From Heteronotia binoei (Eukaryota), in the NCBI RefSeq assembly GCF_032191835.1, contig NC_083234.1, forward strand, positions 51,212,001 to 51,276,000: a stretch of 64,000 bases of DNA, given 5' to 3'. This document shows, piece after piece, positions 38,180-50,500 of the stretch. A program made the position numbers and the translations under genes. Below the pieces are notes generated by a model. It worked only from the letters and a program-made list of their open reading frames with translations. It was not told the origin of the DNA and did not search any database. Numbering within the stretch: position 1 is the first letter of the stretch; each line of letters begins with the position of its first letter.

Positions 38180-38544
38180 CTGTGTTTAATTATAGTCCAG
38201 ACCCCAGGTTTACACTTGCTGTAGCACAGTTATGTAGTCATTTTAAAACATAAAAAAGATCAGGTCTCTCTTCCCTGCATCTTAGAAACTGGTGGTAGTT
38301 CCCCAGTCCCAAGATTGGAGGGGGGGTAGGGAGTGGCCATGTTCCCAAGTGGAAAACAACCTCAAAGACTGGTGTGACTGAAGACTCCAAGAACATGAGA
38401 TCTCTCACGCAGATGATTTCCATGGGCCCTCCTTATTGGTTCAGCTCACTAGCTCTGCTCTTCCCAAGCAAGCCCCTCCTAGCCATAAGTATTATAAAAA
38501 GGAACACCTTATGGAGCACTTGGGTATGAAAGTACACCACAGCT
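38180..38544 (+). promoter_or_regulatory. TATA-type SFTPB promoter with NKX2-1-like and FOXA-like sites
   Basis: TATAAAA at 38493-38499, about 50 nt before the ATG. Several CAAG cores (CCCAAGTG near 38344, CTCCAAG near 38385, CCCAAGCAAG near 38463, CACTTG near 38517) and TGTTTA at 38183. Mammalian SFTPB promoters are NKX2-1/FOXA driven. Confidence 0.6.
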
Positions 38545-41500
38545 ATGTTGCAACTGCTTCTTCTCACCTTTCTCTTTGGGGGCTCAGGTAAGCTTGATGG
38601 ACTGGGGACATGGGGAGGAATTTCCTGATCAGAGTGAATTCAGATGATCAGTTTCTAGATGACAGCATACTATGAGGAGCATGTGATCGCTTAGCAACTC
38701 TATACTAGGGGTGCCAGGTCTGTGTTGGAAAGTACCTGGAGACTTTGGGGGTGGATCTGAGAGCAGGGTTTGGGATAGGGAGGGGCCTCAGCATGGTACA
38801 ATGCCATAGAGTCCACCCTTCAAAGCAGCCATGTTCTCCAGGGGAGCTGAACCTTGCCAGCTGGAGATCAGTTGTAAAAGCAGATCTCCAGGCCCCACCT
38901 GGAGGCTGGCAACCCTAAAACTGTATCATGTTGCTTTGGGTCATACGTTACCCCAGTGAGAAATCTGGAGGGGAAAGGGATAATCGTAATAACATTCCAC
39001 TCACCGCTTGGCAGAAGAGTCTTTATTTAGCTTTCTTAATTAGGCTGCATTTGACTAGTTTAGTTTTCATTTATTGGCGATCCTAATTGTGATTTTAAAT
39101 TTATATGTATGTATGTGTATAGATAGATAGACACACACACATTGTAAGCCACCATGAATTCTGCAATGTAGAAAGGTGGTTAATAACTGTTTGAAATAAA
39201 CAAAATTGCTGGGCCTCATAAAGGAGACACCTTTTCCAGTCATTGTTATTATCTTAGTAATTCTTATTACAGACCCACTAGTATATCAAGAACAACAAAC
39301 CCACAAGGGGAGGTTATCTCAGGAACCTGGCAGCCTAAATGTCAAGATTGCAGGGAAGGAGGAAAGAGGGTAGGCCAGGTCAAAATAGATGAATGGGAGC
39401 AACTATGTCCTTATATATTTGGTTTTGTTGGGCCGGGATAAAACCAGAGTCATGTCTGAACAGTCAGCCACCCCTGCTCTGTACACTTTATACAGAAGAT
39501 GACATTTGTAAGCCTAGCAAAATGACAGTTGTATGCAGGTAGGGAAAAATGGAAAAAGACTAGTAGACTGCAGGGAATCCTCTCCCTGTTATGTGTTTGT
39601 GTCTACCTGCACAAAAAGGCCAGGCAATGGGCAGATTTTGCTTCTTCCCCTTCAGGGTCCCTAAGTTCAACATTTGAATTTTTTTCTCCACTGAAGTGAA
39701 TGGCAACCATGAGAAATTGGGATGAGATGGGGAATCAGAGGTACTACTGGCATGGGGACAAAACTTGCCCCTGGCAATGCCCAATAAAACCAGCTATTGA
39801 GATTCAAGCCCATCTGCATTGCCTTATCTTCTGCTTGTGGAGAGTGGGTCAGAATGCTGGATACTGGTTTAGATTGATAGATTTGTCAACAGGTTCTTAA
39901 ACACTGCTGTCTTAGCTAACAACAGTAGGGACTCCAACTGGATAGGATAGAATTTTCTCAAGGTAACCATAAATTCCAGGTGACTTGTAATATGCAAGAT
40001 AGTAATAGTTCATTAGCCCTGTAAAGGGAAAAAAATCAGGTTCAACACAAACATTTTATAATATCTAGAAAGTGCTTGACTGCTTATCACATCTCCTGTG
40101 ATAAGGGTTGCCAACCTCCAGGTGGTGGCTGGAGGTCTCCTGGGATTATAAGGGCAACAGAGATCCATCTAGAGAAAATGGCCAGTTTGGAAGGTAGACT
40201 GTATGGCATTCTATTCTACTAAAGCTTGTCCCCTCTTCAAGCCACCTTGAGTCTTTGTAGAATGGGTGGGATATAAATCTAATGTAATAAATAAACCCCT
40301 CCATCCTCAGACTCCACCCCCAAAATCTCCAGGTCGTTCCTAACCCAAAGCTGGCAACCATACCTGTGACACAGTGTGAACTCTTGAAGCAGAAAAATGT
40401 CTTGGCCTGGTGTTTTGTGGTTCTGTATAGAAAAAACAGAAACCTGCTGCCTTCCAAAGCAGGCCATCCTCTCTTGTTCACACCAAATGCCAAGCCTAGC
40501 TGAGCAAACAGCATAAGTGGGAACACTGAAAATCATGTCCACATACCACATGCCTACATCATCAGGAGAGAGTCAAGGGGGCCTGGAAAACCTCTGAAGT
40601 GGGTCACTTCCTTGTCCTAGAATAAGACTTTTTGCCTCTTGAAGTGTTGCAAGGGATATGAAGCAAACAGAGTTGGGAGGAGGGGTTCAAAGGCTCACAT
40701 GCACAGGAATTGATTAGCGCTGTTATTCTTGTGACACTTTCCAAAGTACACATATCCTTGCACTTTTGGGTCAGTTACTCTCTCTCAGCTTAACCTGCTT
40801 CTCAGGATTGTTGTGAGGATAAAATGGAAGAGGGAAGAATGGCTTTGCAAACTGCTTTGGATCCTTAGTGGAGACAAAAGCAGGGTATAAATATCTATTT
40901 TTTTTTAAATCCTGTGTAGGTAAGAGAGACTGACTGGTCTGTGACCAACCAGAGTTTCATGCCTGAGAGGCTGCTGAGTTTTATGTCCAAACCCAACACT
41001 GTGTCTACAGCTTGGCTAGTATCACAGAATCATTGAGTTGGAAGGGATCCCCAGGGTCATCTAGTCCATCCCCCAAACTGACCAAACATCACCTTCCACT
41101 TCCTCCTCTGGTATTATGTCACAGGCTGACTCTGTCTGTTCTCTTTCCTAGTAGTCATTTTCTTCTGGGTCACTTCTGGTGACTTGTTTTGAGCCCCACT
41201 TTGTGATCAGCTAACAATTAATTTTTATTTTTCTTCAGCATTTTATTTGGTTTGTTTTTATTCTGCCCTTCTTCCAAGAAACTCAGGATGATGTAGATCA
41301 TCCTCCATGTGATTGTTACCTCAGCTGCCCTGTGTGGAAAGTCAGGCTGAGAGAGACTGACTGTTCCAATATGATCCCCAGCAAGTTTCATGGCACAGGA
41401 GAGATTTGAACCTAAGTCTCCCAGATGCTAATACCCTAACCACTGCATCAGGTTGTCTTGTATTTAAAATACTTGTATCCCATAGGGTTACCAACCTCCA

Positions 41501-44500
41501 GGTGGGGGCTGGAGATCTGCCCCTTTTACAACTGATACCCTGGAGAAAATAACTGCCGAGGCCCTCCCCCTCCCCATGGCATTGTACTATGCTGAGTCTC
41601 CTCCCTTCCTCAAACCCCACTCTCTCCTGGATCCACCTCCAAAGTCTCCATGTATTTTTCAACACAGACCTGGCAAACCTAGTATCCTACCTTTCAATAA
41701 AATGAAGTCCAATTCAAGAACTTTGGTTTTCCATAGAAAAGAGCCTTCTGGGTAATTTCTTGGTGGTCAGCAGCAAAGAAAGGCATTAGAGGATGTGATT
41801 AAAGCTTTTTCCCAACTCATTGCTGTCCCTGCTGATGTTGGTGCTGCTATCCCTATGGGGTCCATATTGAGCTCAGATGAAACACCTGTCTAAGAAGTAG
41901 GCTACCAGGCACTGCCAGTTGTAATTTTAGTACAGCAATCAAGTAGGTCTTCTGAATAAGCCCCATGAGGTGGTGTTGCGAAAGCATGCAGCTGTGCTTA
42001 TGCACATCCTCAAGAACTTCCTGGTTTACTATTCCCATTGTATGTCCAAACCCAGAGAATGAAGAGCTCTCTAAAGATGCTGTTTGCTTTAGGTGAACTG
42101 ATCTGTATAGTCTGAAGACAGACTTGCCAATTCCAGGTTGAGAAATTTCTAGAGATTTGTGGTTAAGCCTGTGACGGTCAGAGTTTTGGGAGTGGAGGAA
42201 GCTTAACAGGGATATGATGACAGAGTCCATCCTCTATAATCTGGAGAACAGTTTGGTGCAGTGGTTAAGTGCGCGGACTCTTATCTGGGAGAACCGGATT
42301 TGATTTGCCACTCTATTTGCAGCTGCTGGAATGGCCTTGGTTCAACCATAGCTCTTGCCTGAGTTGTCCTTGGAAGGGGAGCTTCTGGGAGAGCTCTCTC
42401 AGCCCCACCCACCTCACAGGGTGTCTGTTGTGGGGGAGGAAGATAAAGGAGATTGTGACCTGCTGAGACTCAGAGTGGAGGGCGGGTTATAAATCCAATA
42501 TCTGCTTCATCATCTTCATCATCTTGAACTCCAGGCCACACCTTGAAGATGGTAACCTTAAATGTGGTCAGTACTCCAACAACATCCATCTCCTCCATCT
42601 GACACAAAATCTGCAATTTCAGTCTTCATTTAGTGCCTTGGAGTAGTGTTGAGCCAAAGAAGGGTGGGAAAAATTCAGATTTAATCCAGAAAAGATGGAG
42701 ATTTGGGTGGGTTTCCAGGAACAGGTTGTCCAGTTCTAGATGAGGTTGCACTTCCTCTAAAGGACTTTGTCCTCAGCTTGGGCCAGAATATGGTTTCTGG
42801 ATGCTCAGAAGGCAGCCATGGTCAAAAGCTCTTTTTCATCAGTTTAGGTTGATGTCCCATCTTAATTTGGAAATTATCATGTTCATGCTGCTGATCATGC
42901 CTTAGTAACCTCCAGATCACAATAATGTTGCACTCGTGACGTAGGATTCTCTTTGAACACTGCTCAGAATCTGACAGCCAGATCTAGCTCCCATTTAGTT
43001 CTAGGCACAATACCAAGTGCTGGATTTGACTCATAAAGGCCTAAATAGTTTGGGGATCAAGGACCTGAGAGTTCACCTGCTCCTGTCTGGACTTGCTTGA
43101 ATACTTGAGTCTTCATCTGAGGCCCTGATTTGTGTTCCACCATGACTGGAGGTTAGAGCAGCAAACACCAAAAGAACACCTATTTCACTCATCCCCTTCC
43201 CCATACCCTCCTCTTTTTCAAGGGAGAGTAATCTCCTTTCACAGACTGAATTTGCTGGTTTCTGATAGCCTGGAAGACGTGATGTGATGTGTGAGTAAGC
43301 TAGCTCTGCTTTTTCTTTTACATAATTTTTACATGTCACTGGTTTCACTGGTTGTCTGGTTTTATTAGGCTTTGAGGTCAAAGTGGAATACTTTAAGATT
43401 CCAATAAAGAACCAAAGGAAAATTTTGCTTTGCCACAAATTTACAAGGGGCCTTAGGATAGCATTATTCTTTCATCCTCAGCTTCAGTCACCTTGCTTTG
43501 CATTATGGGGTTCACAACAGCAACCTACATGTAAGGATTAATCATGCAACAAAAGCAAGGAGATAAAATATATTTCTTTGGACACCAAAGCTAAAGGTTA
43601 TTATTGCCATTATTTATGCTGCCTATTGATCCTTTGGCCAGTGGCTGAAGCACTTGACCATAAATCCTTCTTCAAGTACACACATTTCTGTCCACAGCCC
43701 ACTGTTAGTTATACAAGCCTTTTATTCTTCCAGCCCTGGCCAACAAGATCTCCATTCATCATCAATGTGCCAAAGGTCCTACATACTCGTGCAAGAACCT
43801 AATGACAGCTATCCAGTGTGGCACCTTGCAGCACTGCATACTGGCAGGTTGGAACCCGACCATCAATGTAAGTATCTGCAGGTCTCTTTCCCCACAAGTT
43901 CCTTCTCTCTTTCCATGGTTCAGCAGTTATAGAACAGTGTGAGAAAGGAGAGATCCTTGGAAAATCTGCCCTTGTGCTTAGTCACCAGGCAAGGGGCAAA
44001 AACAAAGGACTGCTGCTGGGAGGTACAATGGGTGCTTACTATTCAGATAGCTTTTCTGAGGGCCTAATTCCATGAGAAGAGCCCTGTGGTGCAGAGTGGT
44101 AAAGCTGCAGTACTGCAATCCTAAACTCTGCTCACAACCTGAGTTTGATTCCAGCGGAAGCTGGGTTCAGGTAGCCAGCTTGAGGTTGACTCAGCCTTCC
44201 ATCCTTCTGAGGTCAGTAAAATGAGTACCCAGCTTGCTGGGGGGAAAGTGTAGATGATTAGAGAAGGCAATGGCAAACCACCCCATAAAAAAGTCTGCCG
44301 TGAAAACGTTGTGAAAGCAGCTTCACCCCAGAGTCGGAAACGACTGGTGCTTGCACAGGGGACTACCTTTACCTTTATTTTAATTCCATTAGATGCTTTC
44401 CTGAAGTCTTAATTTACCATATTTATAGTCTACCTTTCTTGCTAATACTCAAGACAGATTACACCAATGAAATCAGTAGACATCTAATAAGCAGTGTAAT

Positions 44501-47500
44501 AGAGCCAGGACTGCAGAAATCTGAAACAAAGCATAGAGTATTTGACAAGATGTGTTAAACAATGGCAGCAAACGTAGAAGACAATGCAGTGAGAGTGGGA
44601 TAATGCATACCGCAAGCACATTTGTAAGTGTTCAGCAGTCTTCTGCATGAGAAAGGATGTATTCTGTACATAGTGCTACAGTTCACAGTCCCATTCCCAG
44701 TATAAAATACCTTCCAGAACCACTCTGTTATAATATAGTTGTATTACCTTGATAAAAATGCCATCCTGTGCAATTCTGTTTTACATAAATTGCAGAACAA
44801 CAAAAGCCCAGGAGCCTTCCTAATCTACTCAGTCAGGGCATTCCAAAGGGGGGGGGGGGGCACAATGCAGAATGTATAGGTATTAGCTGATCTTATTCAC
44901 TTGCAAAATGGTACCCTCAGGAGGCCATGCTCATATGAGTGAAGCTGTCATGGCGCCACATAGAAGAGATGGTCCTGCAGACTTGAGGGCCCAGAGCCAT
45001 GACGGGGCTTGTATATACCAATCTTTTTGCGTTGGGATTATGGTACAAAGGGAGAGTACGTTTAAGCATCTCCCCAACATTCTTTTCCTGACTTGAAGCA
45101 TCCCCAGGAGCTGCTGTTTGCTCCACTGGAGAAAATTAATTCATACCTCATCAATATGTATTCAATTTCCCCAATAGGGCAAATAGTGGCTCACAGGGCT
45201 GTTTCTCATCTGGAAAACTGCCCAAAGGGGTATGCTTAGGCCACCTCTACCTATGTGCCAAAGTCCCAATCCAAATTGTGCCCAGGTGACCTTGGATGCA
45301 CAGAGTATGTCTGTTGACCCCATCCATCAAGGGAAAGTGTATTGCATACTCCAGTTTGTGATGCCCCACTTGCTCTTGCCTCCTAGGATTCATGCACAGA
45401 CTGTGAACAGATTGTCAACATCCTCATCCGCATGGCCAAGGAGTCATCTTTTAAGGTAATGAAGACAACTAGGTAGTCCATGATCAATTTACTATAGATA
45501 ACCCCTCTTGTCTGCTTTTTGTCCCTGGCAAATCATTACTCCTGTTCTTGCCTTGGGGGTGGAGACATCTCCTTGAAATATTATTACTGAGGGCTGTTAG
45601 CATATTCTTTAACGAGCATTCAGCTCTCTTCTCCATGGGAAAGGATGCATCTGCCCCAGAACACATCCATGTGAATGCCTGCACCTGAATACTAAGGCTC
45701 CATGCTCATTATAAAGCCAGGCCACTTCTCACAGTGCAAGTATTTATATGTATTGTACAGCAATTATGGTTTTTTTTTCTAGTTCAGCTTTCAATAAAGG
45801 ACCCTCCCTTCTTGGTTAATTCCACTCCCCCCCATTTTTTGGGGGGGTGTGCCTGTGCCTAGAAGTCATGATGACCTTTGGTGACTCTTCCTGGGGGCAT
45901 GGAGGATGGTCAGATAAGTGGCTTCATAACCTGCCTCTGTCGCCCACTCCTGGTATTCTCTGGAGGTCTCCCATCCAAATACTTGCCAGATTCAGCCCTG
46001 CCTAGCTTCCAAAATCTGACAAGATCAGGTTTATCTGGGCTGTCCAGGCTACCTTCTTGGCTTTTGATTCAATGGAAGGCAGGGCATTGCAAAGTAAGAT
46101 GAATACAGCAGGTAACAAAATGTCTCCAGCAATGGTTAAGCAGGGCTCATTAAGCGATCCCTGAATGAGAGCTAGTTACATGCACAGCTTTATTTTCATT
46201 TGTGAAATATTGGACAGAAAAACTGTAAAGAGCTCTTGAAAGTCTTGATTTAAAATTCACAAAGTTTGGCCTATCAACAAACTGTAGGGAGAAGGCATTT
46301 CACAGACGAGATACCACAATCTTGAAGGCCCTGTCTTTTGCAGCCACCCACTGAGAATAAAAAAACTAGATCTCAGAGCTCAAGCAGTCTCATATGGGAA
46401 CAGGAGACCTTTGAGGTGCTTGATTCTAAACTGTTCAAGGCTTCAAAGGCAATGATAGGAACTTTGAATTGAGCTTGAAAAACACAACAGGCAACCAGTA
46501 AAGTTTTGTAAATACCAATCTAATGTGTTGCCCATAATCATCAGTGGCCAACAGTTTTGTTGCTGCATTTGGAACCAGTTTAAGTTTCCAAACCATTTTT
46601 AGTTTCATCCCAATGTGCAGTTTTTCTAAATGGTTACAGATCAGTGAAGGTACCTAAGATGGAGAATCCAGCGGAAAAACTGTCTCTGCAGAGTTCCCTC
46701 CCAGTCTCATTCCCTCTGCATCAATACTTCAGCTGTAATATACATCACCTGCTCTCTGAAGCGTCCAAGAGCCCCACCCTTTGTTTTTCTGCATGATACT
46801 TTGTTAAATCTAGGCAAGCCTGAGTCTAGTCAGTGCCTGGATGGGAGACTTCCTGGGAAACCCCCTCCTCCTACCCCATATACACATGTCACCTCAGCAT
46901 ATGAGTGGAAGGTGGAATTAAACCAATTATAAATGGCCTCTCCCTTAAAAGCGGAAGTCAGGAAAGTTCACAACTTACCTTTTTGCATAATTATCCTAAT
47001 GCCAAAATATGGGGTTTTCCAGTTCTTGACTGCCTTTTTGCTTGATGATTGCATGATGTTTAATCAATTAAACTGGCATATATCTTTATATACCTGGCCT
47101 TTAGCCGTGGGAGAAAGACAGGTATATATTTTTAAATAAATACATTTTAATTATGAACAGAATTATATTATTATTATTATTAAGGAAGAGGCATTCCTCG
47201 GTGGTTGTGGGAGGAATGCAACCCCAGTTTTTACAAATGCAGGAAACCATAGTAATCCAGCCAGTGTCGCACATCAGTGTACCCTCCAAACACCCTGTGA
47301 GTTGGAATGAGTGGTAGTAAAACAGATATCCCATAAGAGACAGTTCTCCCTCACCCTAAACTGACTCTCCTCAGGCATAAGAAGAGAGAAGTGGACAGAC
47401 ATCCCACGCCTTCTCATAATGCCTCCCTCCCTGCTAATTCCCACTGTTGTCCTCACAAAGGAGATCATCCGGAAGTACCTGGATCGTGAATGTACCACTT

Positions 47501-50500
47501 TGCCACTGCAGACGCTAGTCCCACGTTGCCAGACACTGGTGGATACATACTTAGACCTCTTCATCTCCAGCCTGGAAGGGCAGATTGTAAGTAGCCCCAG
47601 TTGGATCAGCTCTGCCACTAATCCTTCCTAGTGGTTTAGTAAGCAAGAAGCTGAGTCATAGTGGGGATGGCAGGGAAGGGGGAGAAAGGACAAGGTAGAA
47701 GTTGCTCTAGCATGAGAAAAAGTATGGAGGTGGAACAAGAGACAGACGTATCTGGACTGATCCGCTGTGAAGATCTCCTGTCCAAGGCTCATGGAAATGA
47801 ACTATTTGCTAGTGGTGCATGCAAGAGAACTTCCCTGAACAGTGTTGCCTCAAGGTCCAGCTTTGCAGCTGCTTCACTTACTTCTGGGTATGGCTGCCTG
47901 TGAAACAGGAATGGGTTATTCATTTGCTATCCTGGATTCTTGTGCCCTTCAGAAGCCCCTTTCTGTCTGCACAAAGTTGGGCCTCTGCCATTCCGAGCCA
48001 CTGGAGAGCAAGAACACCTTTGACATGCTGGTTCCAGTGGTGGAGCAGTTCTTTCAGCTACTACAAGGCAAAGCTCTCATCACACCCAACAGCCAGACCG
48101 AGGTAAGGACAGCTTCACTGTGCCAGATCTACATGGAGAACACATTTCTTCCCCTAAAGCTAATCTTAATCCTAAGAGGTGTGATATGGCCCCTTGGTCA
48201 GCGCTTTTGCTGCAGAAGTGTATTCCAAGGACTTTACCTGCCTGGAATTATCCACTGCACAAGAAATGCAATGGAGAAACAAGATGATGGATATCCTTTT
48301 GCCTACAACACAGGCAACAATTCCATTGGAGAGAAGGAGTCCAGTGGGCTCAGCAACAAAAAGTTAAGAGGGTGGGGAATGATACCCATCTGTGAGCCTG
48401 GCCTGAATGGAGCAAAACCCTCAGCCCAGATGGGATCAACAGGTCCAAAACCTTTCTGCTGCACAGTGAGCAATGCACTAAACATAGAGCTGCTTCAATT
48501 TGTCTCTTATTGCTTACACTTATTCCTTTTCCTAGGAAAATCCAGAGGAGGAGCTGCCCATCCCCCTGCCTCTTTGTTGGTTGTGCCGATCTTTTGTAGG
48601 CAGGGTTGAATCCTTGATCCCAAAGGTAAGAGAGCCATTTTCCTTCTTACAAAACAGGCACAAGCTGATGCAGAAGTGAGCAGCTGGAGCATCTAAGTTT
48701 TCTATTTTAAAACAACAACAAAGAAATTCTAACTTGACAGAGTGAATCTTGTGAATGTCTGTGGCACCTAGTAAAACCTTTCAGGGACCAAGGTGCCTGG
48801 ACTCCTTGTCTGTGGAAGAGGCAGGTGGCATCCTCCATCTCTTAGAGCAGAGATGAGGTTTCAGGACTCTGGCTAGTTCTCTGTGCATCATCCCCCTACA
48901 AATGCACACACACACACACACAAGCAGAAGCAGCAGAACAAAGTTAGAGTCCAGCAGCACCTTTAAAACCAACAAAGTTTTATTCAAGGTATGAGCTTTC
49001 TTTCGTGTGCATACATGCTTCTTCAGATCTAAGCAGAAGCAGTGTAATTCAAGCTAATGAAAGAGAGGCACAGGGGTCTTATTTATTCTTCATGCAGCAA
49101 TGAAATTGGTTCTAGCACACTGTCCCATCTGGTCAGGACACCCTGTGCTACGAAAGGAGGGTATGGTTAACTGTAGACCTCCCCATCATGCTGTCTAGAG
49201 ATATCTGAAGTTGCATGGAATAAGTTGTATGAAGACTTATAAATGGGGAAGGGACGAGGGCTCAGTGGTAGAGCATCTGCTTGGTAAGCAGAAGGTCCCA
49301 GGTTCAATCCCCAGCATCTCCAATTAACAAGGGTCCAGGCAAATAAGTGTGAAAAACCTCAGCTTGAGACCTTGGAGAGCCACTGCCAGTCGGAGTAGAC
49401 AATACTGACTTTGATGGACCGAGGGTCTGATTCAGTAGAAGGCAGCTTCATATGTTCATATTCAAGATGGGCCTCTGCCCACTGCTTGCAAAAGCATGAG
49501 GTTCTTTCTTTGCCTATGGCTACAACTGCAAAGTATAGGTTTCAGGCAACTTTGCAAGATCCAGTAGAGTTGCCAACTCCAGCTTGGCAAATTCCTGGAA
49601 ATATAAGAACAGTGCCTAAGGAGGATGGCGTTTGGGGAGGGGAGGGAACTCAGTAGAGATGTAATTCCATGGAGTCCACATTCTGCAACTGCCATTTCCT
49701 CCAGAGGAACTGATCTTGGTAGAACTCTGAACTCCAGGCCCCACCTGGAGTCTGGCAACCCTAGGGTCCAGGCAAGATCTCTGGATTTAGACCAGCTGGC
49801 AGGCCATACCAGTTAAAATGTCAAGCTTAAGACAGTGGCCCTACCTGCTAACTTTCACTAATGCTTGCTTTTTCTTCAGGCAGCAATTGCCAAAGTCCTG
49901 TCACAACTCTGCCGGATTCTGCCATTAGCCGTTGCTGGAATGTGCGAGTGTTTGATGGAGAAATATACCATGATCATTGTTGATTTGATCCTGGGCAAGC
50001 TGGGGCCACGGCTGATCTGTGGGATGATGCTCATGTGTGCCACAGAGGAAAACTGTGGTCCAGGTACAAGGCTAGTCAAGATGACTGCTTTCTGCTCCTG
50101 AACAACTCATTAGATAGCGTCAAACAATAATGTTACTGTCAGATTTAGTAATGTTTAACTAAGTATTGATTGTTTTTAAAATGTTAATCTTAATGTTTTA
50201 TTTATTGTATTGTTTATTTATGGATACTGTTAGCCGCCCTGAGCCTGCTTCGGCGGGGGAGGGCGGGATACAAATAAAATTTTACTTACTTAGGCATGCA
50301 TACATGCATGTTTCTCACCAGGCTGCTTCAAGCTAAGCGGAGACTCTACAACCAGCTTTCTCATTGCCTGTTGCACTGGCAATGCTGCCTAGGTCAGTGG
50401 TGTAGATATGGCAACAGGCATGCTTTATGCCTGTCCTCATGTTCCACACTTGCATGGCCACCAGCTGAGTCCAAGGTAAGTCCATGAGAGGTTGCCAATG

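Noticed and set aside
49250-49320. tRNA-like sequence with A and B boxes
   Set aside because: It continues straight into the Squam2 SINE body with no T-run terminator, so it is a SINE head and not a tRNA gene.
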